A stretch of DNA of 64,000 nucleotides from Tubulanus polymorphus (taxonomy: Eukaryota; Animalia; Nemertea). The first letter of the stretch is position 1, and every line of letters begins with the position of its first letter. Made by a program: the position numbers and the translations under genes. The stretch spans positions 372,001-436,000 of the forward strand of contig NC_134034.1 of NCBI RefSeq assembly GCF_964204645.1, in the 5' to 3' direction. Positions 36,356 through 49,957 of this stretch are shown here, piece by piece. The notes below the pieces were generated by a model, which had not been told where the DNA came from, did no database searches, and saw only the letters and a list, made by a program, of their open reading frames with translations.

Positions 36356-39300
36356 CTATAAACACATTGTACACTGTAAAAACTGAAAGAAAAATAAAAC
36401 TCAATCAATCAAATTTACTTCAGAACAATTTATGTAAAATGTTGTCAGTATAGGGAACCACAATGAGGCCAGTCGCGCAGTCTTGGCTTAGGATTTAGAC
36501 AGGTCCAGGACCAATAGTTCTATAGCTAATCTAACAACTGAAGACCAGGCTTATCTCCCAGTCACGACGACTGCGCGACTGGCTCCGGGGCCGGTTCCAT
36601 AGTCAAGACTTAATACAAAAAGTGGTCTTAAATCTTAAGACTGGTCTGAAGTTGTTAGATTGGCTATAGAACTTAGTTGGTCTTAGAACGGTCTTAAGTC
36701 TAAGCCCTGACTATGCAACCGGCTCCAGGGTTTCATACTAACATCGTCGTAAGTGAACTCGTATTTTCCCGTTTCTACGTTACGGTGTTGCAGACGATCG
36801 CGGGCTCTAAACGCCTCCGTGTACGCCCTCAAGCGGACGGATAGCGAAACAAAATCGTCGAAAGCGATTAGACATCTGAGTTTTCCTGATCCGTCATCGA
36901 CGGCTTTCGAATATCGTTTCATAAGAGTGGTTAGAGCATCGCGACTCAGGCGATAACCTACAAAAATAATAATCAACATGATATATATAATCATATTAAA
37001 ATTAAGATTTTCCAAAGTGCATGAGCGCTTTTATCCGGAGACCAGTTGCACAGTGATCTCAGACCATTTTAGTTCTCGAGTCTATCTACAGTCAATCTAA
37101 CAATTCTAAAGACCACTTCTGGTCTTAAGTCTCGACTACTGTGCAACTGGGTCCCCGATCATTGAAATCAAGTCTTAGATTTAACAACTTCAGACAATTC
37201 CGCCTTTCCAGTAGGACCTGGGGTCATCTTTTACAGACAACTTCAAGTTTTGAAATTTCACTTAGTTAACCGAAGTGAATTCAGCTGATCCATGCACGAT
37301 GATATTTTTGTGAAACTTTGAGGACGGCAGCTCAGTCGTTTACGGGCGGAAATTACCGAATACTAACGGAATGAACCGAGTATTACCGTATCGTTGCATG
37401 ATTGTATTGAGAAGTTCATTCGCTTCTACGAATTTCGATCGATCGACATCGACTTCGTCAAACGTCTGCTTCCAGTAAACTAAACATTGTAATAATTCTC
37501 TAAACTCGTTATATTGCATGATTCCATCTTTACTTCTCTGTGTCAGGAGCGTCAACGTTAAGGGTTCAAAACAATTCATAAACAATCATTTCAGTATTTG
37601 AATTTGAATTTCAGCTGTTACATCTATCTTTGAGTACCGGGTAATCAGACTGATTACTTGATGCATACTGGTGTTCTAGCAGAGCGCCTAGATTTAGGGG
37701 GGTGGGGGTCTCGGTGATGCGGACCCCTGCCTTCCTACTGAGGCGGTCATTTGTCGTCAAGTTAAAGATCATTAAAACGTGTATATGTAAATCTGTCACT
37801 ATCGGAAACTTCAACCTTTCGGATTGTAATTCTCATCTAACCGAGGATCCTGGGACCCGACGCTTTAACTGGGACCCTTGCCTTCCGTAGATCTGTAAGT
37901 ATCACGTGACCTCGTGTGAGTTCAAAACATTGTTTGAAATTCATTAAAAGGATACATCCAGCATTGCAATCATAATCCTGAATGAAAACAGACAAACAAT
38001 CAGCGCAAAATTCATCATTTATCTATTCAAATTCTTAACATTGATTGAAAATGAAAAAAATCGCATACTTGCAAAGTTCCAAACTCCAGTTAACTGAAAT
38101 TGGAATTTGAAAAAAAATATTCGTTAAAATGACCAAAATTTTTCGACCAAAATGCGGCCGAACCACAATTAAAACAACATAATCAGACAACCTCTCACCA
38201 CACTGAATTGATTGGATTTATATCTGTTTATACTTTATTGCCTAATTGAGTTATATTCAAATGTGAATTATGAAACCGAAAATTCCTTACTTCCGTAAAA
38301 TTGTTGAATTCTGGGTGTTGTATTGAGAATATATTGTAATTCTTCGCCTTGGATTCCGTTGATTCGCTACGGAATAAAATCATGATTGTAATTTTTCTGA
38401 AACTGTGAGAATTCTGTGAGAATTCTGCGCTAAGTTCTACCTGTGATTTGATCTGTGAATTAAACGCGTGTTGAAATTCAGCTTCCGTTTGAAATTTCAT
38501 CGCCTACAAAATACGCATTGTCCATCTTTTATAGGGTGAAATATACAAGACAAGAAAAGATTCCATTTCTTGCTATAATCATAAAGATTTGATTCAAAAA
38601 TAAATTTCAAATAGGGTTTCAAATTTAATTCAAAAGTAATTAAACTAACTGATAACGAGAAGAAAAATCTTAAAATTTGATTCTTAAAGTATTTGAACAA
38701 TGAATTTCATTTACAAAACAATTATATTTTTATTTTATGAGGTCTAAAATTCAATTCAAAGAGTAATTACAAAACGAATTTCTTTCAATTGATAAAGATA
38801 TTTCTTTTTCTTATATAACATGCAATCCAACAAACAAATTGTAATCAGGTTTACATCGGTGTGAAATAATGAGCTGATAAAATAGTAATTCAAAACACTT
38901 CAAATGTTCACGGAGAATCTTAAAATTTTAAAATTACCATTTTAGAAGAAATTTCATAAATGAATATCCTTTTTCTAAATTAAATTTCTATTTAAGAGGA
39001 TCTCAAATATCTCAAATTTAGCTTAGAAAGTAATGAAACTAACTGATATCAATAGGAGAAACGATGGAAATTTTTTTCAAGAGGTCTTATAAATTCGATG
39101 AAAGAAGTAGATTTCGATAACAAATACTTCATGATGATGATCAAATTTGGTTTTCAAGATCATGAAAGTTAAGCAGGGTCCCAGTACATACCTGCCAGGC
39201 TTGAATTTGGTAAATATTTTGCTGTACATTAGTTGCATATTCTCCGTAATGTTGACTGGGTGGTGGAGGCTGCTGCAGCTGGTGTTGCTGGTACTGTTGT

Positions 39301-39416
39301 TGAGGATACTGCTGATGATACTGTTGATGATGATACCCACCCCCAGCCTGCTGCCGCTGCTGCTGCTGCTGGGGTTGTAAGGCGTAGTACTGCGACAATT
39401 GATTCAAAAAATTCAT
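36356..39416 (-). CDS. Penta-EF-hand Ca2+-binding protein (sorcin/grancalcin/peflin-like)
   Basis: Q/Y/P/G-rich N-terminus. WSLELCRIMIAMLD|RSKDGIMQYNEFRELL..WKQTFDEVDVDRSKFVEANEL..GYRLS..LMKRYS..IAFDDFVSLSVRLRAYTEAFRARD..FTYDDFLQCTMCL*. Confidence 0.88.
36466..36726. mobile_element. Two adjacent MITEs of the same Harbinger-like family
   Basis: TIR pairs GCCAGTCGCGCAGTC/GACTGCGCGACTGGC (about 36468-36584) and GCCGGTTCCATAGTC/GACTATGCAACCGGC (about 36590-36723). They share the internal TTAGATTGGCTATAGAAC core. Confidence 0.65.
37037..37156. mobile_element. MITE of the same family
   Basis: ACCAGTTGCACAGT...ACTGTGCAACTGG inverted ends. Confidence 0.6.
37538..37955 (-). other. U12-type (minor spliceosome) GT-AG intron in the penta-EF-hand gene
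   Basis: 5' splice site GTATCCTTTT at 37955-37946. Branch site CCCTTAAC at 37564-37557, about 19 nt before CAG. No polypyrimidine tract. Splicing restores MLD|RSKDG. Confidence 0.9.
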
Positions 39417-42400
39417 CTTCCGAAAAATCGAGAAATTGCTGAGACAGAAAATACGGAGAAATACACTGCGAGTTGTTTACCTTGGATACCAGTACTCCAC
39501 GCGACCTTCAGCCTACTGGTATTGACTTTATCGTGTCACTCACAACCACCTTTTCATTATTCCGGCTATTCGTCGTTTCAGCGAAAATACAACGTTCTCA
39601 CTATATATCAACACAATACTCGCGCAAGTCATACCCACGATTTCGACGACTCGCATAATGCGGGCAAGCGTCTCTTGACGGTTTCTAGATGAGAGGGGCC
39701 CAATTTGATTTCACTCAAAGGAAGTTGGAATAAACACTTTAAAAGCCGTGTATGCTGTACTAGATAATCAGAAGAAATTCCAAACTAAAACAATCGAAAC
39801 AAAATCAAAATCGATTATATTTATTCTCAATACAACAATCATAATGTAATCAAGTCCTCAAACACGTGGACCGTATTTCAAAAACAGTCCAACCATAGAC
39901 TCTAAAACAAAAAAGTTTATGGCCCATGGACTAGAAATTATATTTTGCAAACTCTGCCTTGTCTTAACATATTTTCACACTATCAATCTGTTTATTTTCT
40001 CAAGGTTACACTTCTTTCAAGTGTACCAGTCACTTACAACCTCAAAAACAGTCTCCAACATAAAAACATATAAAACAGGAGACAATATCATAAATTCAAT
40101 CTGGATAAACTAATCAATCTCTTATTTCAATTGATTAGAATTGTTTTTACTAGAATCCGAAGTTTTGCACAGTTTATACGAATGATGAACATGTACAAAT
40201 GTATTTGTACTGTCGGTTTTTTCTCATGACAACGATACAAAAATATATCAACATAAAACGTCAAAACCAAAGCATTAAACCCACAAATTCATACACAGTG
40301 TTAGATAAATGAAATTATTACAGGAAAACTAAAACATTGCAAACTTTGCCTTATCTTAAGAGATTTCTTCAAACATTATCAACAAGCTATTTTCACGAAT
40401 GTTAACATTTGAAACAAAGTATTATGAAGGTTTTGTCTTCTACTTAAAAAATACCCGATAGATTAAGATAAATCGAGTATCTATTAAAATGGTTTGACTG
40501 ACAATCAACATATAGCTTTAGGGCAATTACTGATTAACTTTGTAATTATAGATACATTCAGTCGGTTTATCTTGATTGTAGATGTCTTTTTCTATATAAA
40601 GATCTGAAATTCTTCTTGTGCAGATATTTCAGACCCTATACAGACATTGTTGAACCGATGATTGAATAAAGCTAGGATAATTTACCAATTAGCACTGTTG
40701 CATATATTCATAGCATTGTGATATTACAACATATATCCTCAGTTATCAAGAAACGGCTCCTCTACTTTTGGACCTTAATCAAATCGATATTTCACGAACC
40801 ACTTTAAAGATCCAAAGTGGAATTGTTGCTACAAAACTTAAACTAAACAATTGAAAAGTTGTGACATTAATAATGAAAACATATATTGTTTTTATTGTCA
40901 CAACAATAATTCTTCAATGACAGGTGTGCTCGAGGTATTATCATTATCATTAACAAACACTTGAACTGTATTTAAAGAAACAGTTTAAAACAAAAAAACA
41001 AATCACTATCGAAATCTTAATTTCGTTTTCGTTAGCATTATTTTCACTAGAAAACAAGCAGTTTGCCAACTTTGCTGAAGATTTTCAAACAACTCTCTTA
41101 TTATTTCAAATATTACATTTCTTACTTCACAGTAATCTGGCATTTTTTTCTTCCAGCTTTGAAAACTTATAAAGATAATTACACTATCGATAACCAATCT
41201 AATCAGTAGTATATCCATAAATTAAGTTCATAGCTGTTTTACACTATTTCTAAAAGGTAAAATGTATCTAAAGTAGATAGTTAGTCAACATTATCCCGAT
41301 ATCAATTAATAGTTACAGCAGTGACTGGGCGTGCTAGTTTTAAGGACACTTGAGGCCAGGACCTTTCATCAGCTATTTAAAGCATTCTATCATATCAGAT
41401 ATTTTTTCAGTGTGTTCGATTTAATTAAGGTTTATGGTTAATTGTTTCGTTTATTACTAACTGAGCTGATAGAATGCTTTAAATAACAACAGATAAGATC
41501 GCACGTAGTTAGCAGAAGGTTATTCTATGAATGAATAACTTTATTTACAACGATAATTGTGTTGATAAATATTTGAAAAAATGCCCGATGATTGATGTAA
41601 ATAGATGTATTAATTGTTTGTTGATGATGTTGTTTATTCATATATCATTAATATTTATCACGTTTAATCTATTGTTTTTTTTTAAATTATTCATTTATGT
41701 TATATGTACTATGTATTTTGTATCATTTATCATTTTTTATTTATTGTTTTTTGAATAATTTTTATTTATTCATGTACTTGTATTTTGTATCATGTATCAT
41801 TTATACTCCTCTATTTACATCATCGGGCATTTTTCGCTGTAAAGTACTGGGCTATTTTTAAAAAGCACTACAAATTCACTGCCGCTCCTAAATAATCATT
41901 ATACACCCGATTTGAAGCTAAGTGATCATTAGTGTGAAAGCCACTCAACCTCGTTATATGGATTTACCCACATTAGAAGAAGTTAAAACAGCTATAAACA
42001 ATATTAAAACGTTCAAAATTATTCCTAGCTATAACGTTATTCCTCTCTAATGTGAAGACTGTCTCTTTAAGACAAGTTTCTGCTTTCAAATACTAGCAAT
42101 GATCATCAAACAGATTGATGGAGGCTCAAAGAAAATCGATATATTCGATTCATTTGTCAAATCGGTTACATGGGCCTTCAAAAATATCTAAATTCCGTAA
42201 AAACTTATTATTTCCTTACATTATCATTTATTATGCTTAACTAAGTACAAATATTATATGAACTTGATTAAGCTCACAACACCGACCCTATATCTCAGTT
42301 TAGTTTGAAAAAGGGTAACTAATAAGGCAAAATAAATCAATACATTACAAATTACTCCAGGAGTCCGTTATTGTCTCTGCTGCTCCTGAATAAGTGTTAA

Positions 42401-43697
42401 TATGATACACTATTGTTTATGCTGCTCCTCCTCCGAATTTATGAGGCAAACTGTTGTCTCTGCTGCTCCTGAATAAGTGTTTATAGGATACAAATTGTCT
42501 TTGCTGCTCCTGAATAAGTGTTTATATGATACACTATTGTTTATGCTGCTCCTCCTCCGAATTTCTGAGGCAAACTGTTGTCTCTGCTGCTCCTGAATCA
42601 GTGTTTATAAAGATAATGTTTGTAGAAATCGCCAATTGTAGAAGAATCAATTGTAGAAGATCTAACAATTGTAGAAGAATCCACGCTGCTGCTGGCTCCT
42701 CAACTTAGCATCTGGGCTTCTACAGCAAATGGGTCTATCAGTAATCGTCTACTTCTGGATGTCTTCTTGCAGACCATCATTTCAGAGAGACCATTATTTC
42801 CGAGATGTAGTTTAGCTGAAACAAAGTGAAGAAAGCAGATCTTTTTAGGCAGACGATCCTTTCAAGCATCATTGATCATAATTTACGTGTCAATTAAAGT
42901 GGCCGTGTTTTTCACGATCACACGATAAGGAAGATGTTGAATGCGGATTTAATTAACCCCAATAATTTGTTGTTTGATTGCAAGATTCAATTTGTCTAAT
43001 ATTGTTCATATCTCAGCATACATTGCCCTCTATATATTTTGATTTACTATACCGGCCAAAGAGTTTCAATCCAGTTATATGGAGACGCCAAACTTCACCA
43101 GCGCCTCTATTCTCTCCAGTGCTACGCATCCTGCCCTGGATGCTAAACACAGAAATGAAAAATCAACTTAGCTTTTAATCAAGACTGTCAGGTTCAGTTT
43201 CTGCAAGGGTTTCAGTGTTTGGCTGATGAGTTGATTCAAGGTGGAGTCTTTCGTTATCACTCCTGGTCGGTAGATCTTAGATGATTCGTTGATCTCAACC
43301 CGGGCCTTTCCAGAGTTAATTGAGCTGAGAAATAAATAAAAAACGACATTTTGTAGTGACACATTTCTTCAGATCGTAAATCGTAATTTACATGTGTATC
43401 AACTTAACTTTTTGCTGAGTTCAATTTCGGCTATGGTCTCATGGTGGCGGTTAAATCTGCAGAATCCGTTTTTTGTCTTCTTCAGAGTAAGTTGGTTTAG
43501 CTGGAATAAATAAAATAAACGACATTTTGTAGTGACACATTTCTTCAGATCGTCAATTGTAATTTACATGTGTATCAACTTAACTTTCAAGTTTGAAGAG
43601 TTCACCGTTTGGGTTGGATCTGCAGAATCCCTCCGTCGTCTTCCAGCGTCGTCTTTCGTCTGAAATGAAAAAAGAGAAGAGCGATGAAAACCTGGTA

Positions 43698-43860
43698 CGG
43701 AACAAAACTAATGTTCGAAAGCTTTTCAGCTCTCCATCGCCGGTCACATGCCGAGAACACCAGACAAAGAGCCAGCCAGGAATATACTGCCCTCTACACG
43801 CCCTCACACAGAACGCGAAAACCAGGATGACGACGCCTCACATTCCCCATCTAACTGCAG
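43698..43860 (+). mobile_element. Degenerate 3' fragment of an RTE-like LINE ORF2
   Basis: With frameshifts it reads QLSIAGHMPRTPDKEPAR..ALYTPSHRTRKPG*RR, resembling the RTE C-terminal L.FAGH..R...G.R..GRP motif. Confidence 0.6.
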
Positions 43861-44301
43861 GATGTACTGGGCGACGTCAGTAACTGACACACCTGTAAAA
43901 TTGCACGAAACACAAATAGCGCAGTACAACCAGCTTGACCGGGTTGAGATTCAGGATCTCAACTAGCACTCAAAAGCGTGACAAGAGACTTCATCCACTG
44001 ACCGAGGTTGTCACAAGGACACAATGAAACTAGCACTCACAAGCCGACGAGAGACTTCATCCACTGACCGGGGTTGTCACAAGGACACAATGAAAACTAG
44101 CACTCAAACTAGAAATCAAAGAGCGTGACAGTAGAATCATCCCTCAGCCGACTCAGAATACCAGAAACAAAGAGCGTGACAGTAGAATCATCCCTCATCC
44201 GGGCGGTCACAAGGACACAATGAATGCTAGTAGCGTGACAATCCAGTATAACCGCTCCATTTGTATCCCGCGCAATCCCGCAGATATGCCCGTCATTGAC
44301 A

Positions 44302-44691
44302 TCACTCAGCACACTTTGTAGATAGGTGGGGGCAGTGAGGCCTCGTCATCCTGGTTTTCGTGTTCCGTATGAGGGCGTGTAGAGGGCAGAATTTCCTGAC
44401 CGACTCTTTGTCTGACATCCTCGACACGTGACCGGCGAAGGAGAGCTGATGCTTTCGGACATTAGTTTTGTTCCAGCAAACGTTGAAATTCGACAGAGAA
44501 ATCGGCCCTGAAAAATAAAACGGGTTAGAACCTGCAAAAAAGAACGGGTTAATAAACACGCAACAGTACAGGACAGCACAGAGACGAACGGTAACACATA
44601 AAACATAAAGACGTCGTTCCTCAGGAAGCAGGAACAGGAGCGCAGCGAAGATCGCCAGGATCATGATCGCCAGGAGAATCCACGGAAGCAT
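44302..44691 (-). CDS. Possible small membrane or secreted peptide at the 5' end of an unidentified spliced transcript
   Basis: MLPWILLAIMILAIFAALLFLLPEERR. TATAAG about 40 nt upstream. Several good acceptors downstream (44507, 43660, 43501, 43324, 42816). The distal part of the ORF is LINE-derived. Confidence 0.3.
   Translation of the reverse strand: MLPWILLAIMILAIFAALLFLLPEERRLYVLCVTVRLCAVLYCCVFINPFFFAGSNPFYFSGPISLSNFNVCWNKTNVRKHQLSFAGHVSRMSDKESVRKFCPLHALIRNTKTRMTRPHCPHLSTKCAE
44316..44475 (-). mobile_element. Second, inverted copy of the RTE-like LINE fragment
   Basis: The reverse complement aligns with 43698-43860 and reads QLSFAGHVSRMSDKESVR..ALYTPSYGTRKPG. Confidence 0.6.
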
Positions 44692-45504
44692 GTCTGCACA
44701 GTGTGAGAGAGCGGAGGTGAATGGCCTATGCTTATACGTACACTGTGGTCAGCCGGTGACGTATTCCAATTGTGATTAATAGTGCGTGCGAATGATAACA
44801 ATTGTGAAAAGCCGCAATAGTGTCTCTCTATCGTTCAATGGGTTTACATTTGAACACGCGCCAGTAGCCTAACTATTACCTGGTCACAATAGGAACTCGC
44901 CGAAGCTCTCTAAACATACGACATGTCTTAATACACTTATTAAGGAACCTGATAGAAAACCCGAGGGGATTAACTACAAAGCAAAACTGAATCACTGATT
45001 TGATGCTTAATTATGCCCACTTAAAATAAACTGATATATTCTTTCATTAAAGATCCAATTATGCCCTCCACTGAAATATGCTAATATATGTTATAAATCA
45101 AGATAGACATAACTGGATCCAGACCTGTGGATCTGAGTCCAGATGTGGAAGTGGATCTAGAACTGTGGATGTGTGTCTAGAAACAGTAGTGTACGGTGTA
45201 ACTCGGTCCGGGACGACAGTAGGGACGACAGAGATTTCCAGAGACAGTAACCTGTCTTTGTGCGATCTGATATTTTCACTAACTGATTTACTGCACGATT
45301 ATAGGTTCGTTCTCACTCAGGGATTTCCAGTTTTTTCCACGCCCCGAAATAAAATTCACTGTGATGAAATTTATCGAAGCCATGTGGAAATCATTTGATA
45401 TTTTACCAATTAACAATCAATTAATACATAATTAAAGAAACTCATTACCGGTAATTTATTTTTTCCATATGTTTCATTTACAATTTCAATTTAAAAGGTT
45501 TTTT

Positions 45505-45785
45505 GACCCAGCAGCTACCGGTGTTCACTGGACCCAGCAGCTACCGGTGTTCACTGGACCCAGCAGCTACCGGTGTTCACTGGACCCAGCAGCTACCCGG
45601 CGGTGTTCACTGGACCCAGCAGCTACCCGGCGGTGTTCACTGGACCCAGCAGCTACCCGGCGGTGTTCACTGGACCCAGCAGCTACCCGGCGGTGTTCAC
45701 TGGACCCAGCAGCTACCCGGCGGTGTTCACTGGACCCAGCAGCTACCGGTGTTCACTGGACCCAGCAGCTACCGGTGTTCACTGG
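45505..45785. repeat. 26/30-bp tandem repeat upstream of MOB4
   Basis: GGACCCAGCAGCTACC(CGGC)GGTGTTCACT. Confidence 0.95.
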
Positions 45786-46042
45786 TGGCGGTGGATGGAC
45801 GCCAGCCGCTGCGGGCTGTCTGAGTGGTCGTGGGTGGGTCGGTCCCAGTTGCAGTTCTTTGACAAAAAAATTATTTCAACTTGAATTTGAGCAAAATTTA
45901 ATCATTGGCTGTAACGAAGTGACGACTGTCATTTGGATTTCTATCGTTTTTGTTTTGCCTTTCGGGCATGTTTTTCATTACTTTTTTCATATTTATGATC
46001 TGACCGTAAGATGCTGCCACCTGGCCGTAAATCGGTGCAAAA

Positions 46043-48651
46043 ATGAAGATGGCCGACGTTACTGCCGTTTTACGGCGAAACAGATCGGGCACTAAATCAT
46101 CTGTAAGTTCCCTTTCAATCATGTTTTAAACGTTTTAAATGAATCTACGTGTTTTACAATAATCGAACTTGTATTTAGATATATTCACGTAAGTTTTAAT
46201 TGGATGGAACCCGCGTAAAACGCATCTCAAACTGCTCAGATCTAGTCTGTGTTTATACTGCTCTGTTTTTGACGGCGTTTTGACAGCTCAACTGGCGTCG
46301 ATATGAATTCAATGTTTGCTCCCGTTATTTACTCTCAGTGCTAAATCAATAGTAGTAAGAAGAGTGTAGTTAATTGAAGAAAGCTCCTGCTGGTCTTAAG
46401 GTCTCCAGTATCTGTCAGTTAGGCCTACTCGCTGAACAAATTGATGCATAATATTCACAGACAGTACTTTGATAATGTTTAGGATTGGTGTAATTGGCCC
46501 GATGAGTCATTTGAAGAGATGGACAGCACGTTAGCAGTTCAACAGGTTCGTTTCATTCCTCTCTATCCAGAAATATTTAATTCTACTGATTTATTAGAAG
46601 TGATTGAGCAATATTTGAAGTGAATATATTTATAGTTTATCCAGCAAGCAATACGTAAAGATTTCAGTAATATCGACGGTATTTTAAACCCACCCGATGG
46701 ACAGGATGAAGGAGTCTGGAAATATGAGCATTTAAGACAATTCTGTATGGAGCTGAATGGATTGGCCGTCAAACTACAGGTAACAACAACCCTTCAAACC
46801 CACACACGCGCATTGTTGCAAGTGATTTTAGATTGCTGCGGCCAATTGCTGATTTTCGACAGGTTTTAATGTCTTGCTGAATTGATCTTCAACGTGATAG
46901 AGAAAGACAAAAAACATCATTCAGTAAATAATTCTCTCATGAATTATGCTCTTCTAACGCCACTGAGTACAGATCAAAACTTAAATTAAGCCATCATTTG
47001 GAAAAGTCCTCGACATGATTTATTACGTCTGCTAGTTTCACTGTAACTGAGTCCCTACGACTCCTCAATTCCTTACAATCTTCTTCTAAATAGAAATTGC
47101 TTTTAAAGCTGCTCGAAACTCCTTGAATTATGAGAAATGTCTAGTTATGACCTGGAATTTAAAGTGAATTGTTGATATTTTGTAGATGGAATGTCAGCCT
47201 GAAACGTGCGCTCAGATGACTGCTACTGAACAATGGATATTTCTGTGTGCTGCTCATAAAACTCCTAAAGAGGTGATTTCAACAAACCCTTCGCCCTCCT
47301 ACCTCCTCACTACCTCCTCATTTCCTCTCCCTACCTCCTCCTTCACCTTCCGACCTCCTCATTACCTCTTCCTGCCAACTTCACCCTCCTACGTCTTCCT
47401 ACCTCCTTCACCCTCCTACCTCATCATTACCTCCTCCTGCCTCTTACCTCTTCCACCAGTCTGAATTCAATTTAGTTAATAAATGTTATCAATTTTTTTT
47501 CAGTGCCCGGCTATAGATTATACTCGTCACACACTAGATGGCGCTGCATGTCTGTTAAACAGTAATAAATATTTTCCGAGCAGGTAAATAATCGAACTAC
47601 AAGTTTTCTGGGAGTCAGTTGCTTAAGAAACCATTTGTTGAATAATTATCACAATGTCATCAGTAAACTTTAGAACTGACGGTAAGAAAATACAGTGAAA
47701 TGACGTTTCAATTGGATGATATGAATTGTTTTTTGTAGAGTGAGCATAAAAGAGTCGTCTGTAGCTAAACTCGGATCCGTCTGTCGAAGAGTTTATCGCA
47801 TATTCTCGCACGCGTACTTTCATCATCGTCCGATGTTTGACGATTTTGAGGTCAGAGTCCGCAAAACAAACCGTTCTTTCTACTTATCCGAACAAACCTG
47901 ATAATAGTCCTCGTTGTAGTTGTAATCATTGTGTTCCAATGGAACCTCTTTATAACAACCTCAGATAGAACAATCTATCAGTTATTAGTAATTACAAACC
48001 TAGAATTTCACATGATTATCACTGAGATAAACCCACAATATCAATTCTAACAACTGCTATTGTTTTTCATCTTGAGTTCATTTCACCTTCCTTCTTTATT
48101 TGAAAGGAAGGATTCTGCCTGGAGCTTAAGAAAAGGCCAATAAACAGTTGTTTAAATTGATATTGTCGGTTTCTCTCGAGGACTGGAAATGGTCTCAACA
48201 ATTTACAACTAGAATTTCACCCCAAATAGGATAATTTCAATGATTTCACACTGGAACGGATTTTTTGGGTCACCTGAAGTTTGTTGTAACGAGGTTCCAG
48301 TGTCAATTGTCTGAATTGCAAATACGAAAATATTAAATTGTGCTCAAGATGACTTGCGTATTATGACCACTAACGATCAAATCAATGACTTTCAATAAGT
48401 TTGAACGAAATTGTGTTGAATATTTGAGTTGAGATGTTTAACGGTAATTATCTGGTATTTTGTAGAATGAAACCGCTCTGTGCAGACGATTCACGATCTT
48501 CGTGATGAAATATAATCTGATGTCGAAGGACAATTTGATCGTTCCAATTCTCGAGGAGCAGATTCTAGAACAACAGCAAGCAGCTGCAGCAGCGGCGGCG
48601 ACGGCAGCTACGCAACAACAAACTGCACCTGCAGCTGAAAGTGATGCGTAA
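46043..48651 (+). CDS. MOB4: MOB-like protein phocein (STRIPAK component)
   Basis: [157 protein letters not shown]. Seven exons. Confidence 0.96.
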
Positions 48652-49957
48652 ATCATTGACCCCCCTTAAATTAATCAGTCCTATATATTTATCATGATCG
48701 GAGGAAGAATTATAAACTTTGTCCTCGTGAAATCTGGACGATGGATCAACTTCACAATCACAACAGTAGTGCTGGGTTTTATTTGACTATATAGTCATCA
48801 GACTCTGTGATGTGGAACTAATTGGTGGACTCAGTTCCACATGGAATTAACTTGTGGACCCAATTCAACTTAACACTTGAGTCGAGTATGTTAGCTCAGA
48901 ACTACATCCACTCCAGAACGTCCGTGGAACTTTGTCTTCTACAGATTTGTGGAATTGAATCCACGGTGGAGCTGAATCCACTGTGGAAGTGGATCCTGAA
49001 TTGTGTGTATTGTTTTGTATATACTCATTGTATGTAGAGCCCATATATATATAAACTGTATTTATTGCTATTTGTAAATCTCTCATTAAAAACCAAATCA
49101 AAATTCAACTGCTTCGTGTTGTCGAGTTTGTATTTGATTTCTAATCATCTTATGGATAGATTTGGATTGTCTCTCGTGATTGTTTGAATGCCTGCAGAGG
49201 GAGGATGTATCGGAGATTAGAGGAGAGTGATTCTCAACTGCGGCAGTAGTAATGTCCTTGTTTAAACTTTTCCTGTTTAAATCCATACAATAGCCCCAGC
49301 CTCGAAACACCTGCAAAACCCAATAAATACAAGATAGAAGTAGGAACTAAGAATTTAACAATAAATTTTATTTTTCTTGCTGAGAGACAAAGAAAATGCA
49401 AAGAACACAACAGTTGAACCATGATTCCTTATTTCAGGCCCCGCTCGCTGTCTATCTACGGAGGTGACCAACCTGAAAATAAAACCGAGGGCTTAAACAA
49501 GATTGCTATAATGATAATAACTCCACTGGAGCTAAGTTCTCGGTGCAAACTGCAAAACAGTTTGTTTAACTTGCGTCTAATCTCTAAAACAAGAACTGAG
49601 GAACTCACAAGGGCATCATGTTTCTCAAGGAGTCAGTTGCAGGTAAACTATTAGATGAATACAAGGAAACTAGAGTTATTAGGCTAAAAAAAATTGATAC
49701 CTTGTTTCTCCGCTCTGCTGAGCTTAAATGTTGACCCGGCCGGCCGCCTATCTACCCTATACATTACTTTTTTAAAAATCGTGATCAATTTTACCATAAC
49801 AGACCCGGCCGCTATAGAAATGAACTGTTTACAAATTTTATCATATTTTACAAAAATGACCCGGCCGCTGCGGAGAAACAAGGAATCATTTTTGTTTAGC
49901 CTTATATCTGCCCCCCCCCCCAGGAAGCTGCCCCCCTCCCATCCTGCAGTTTACTAT

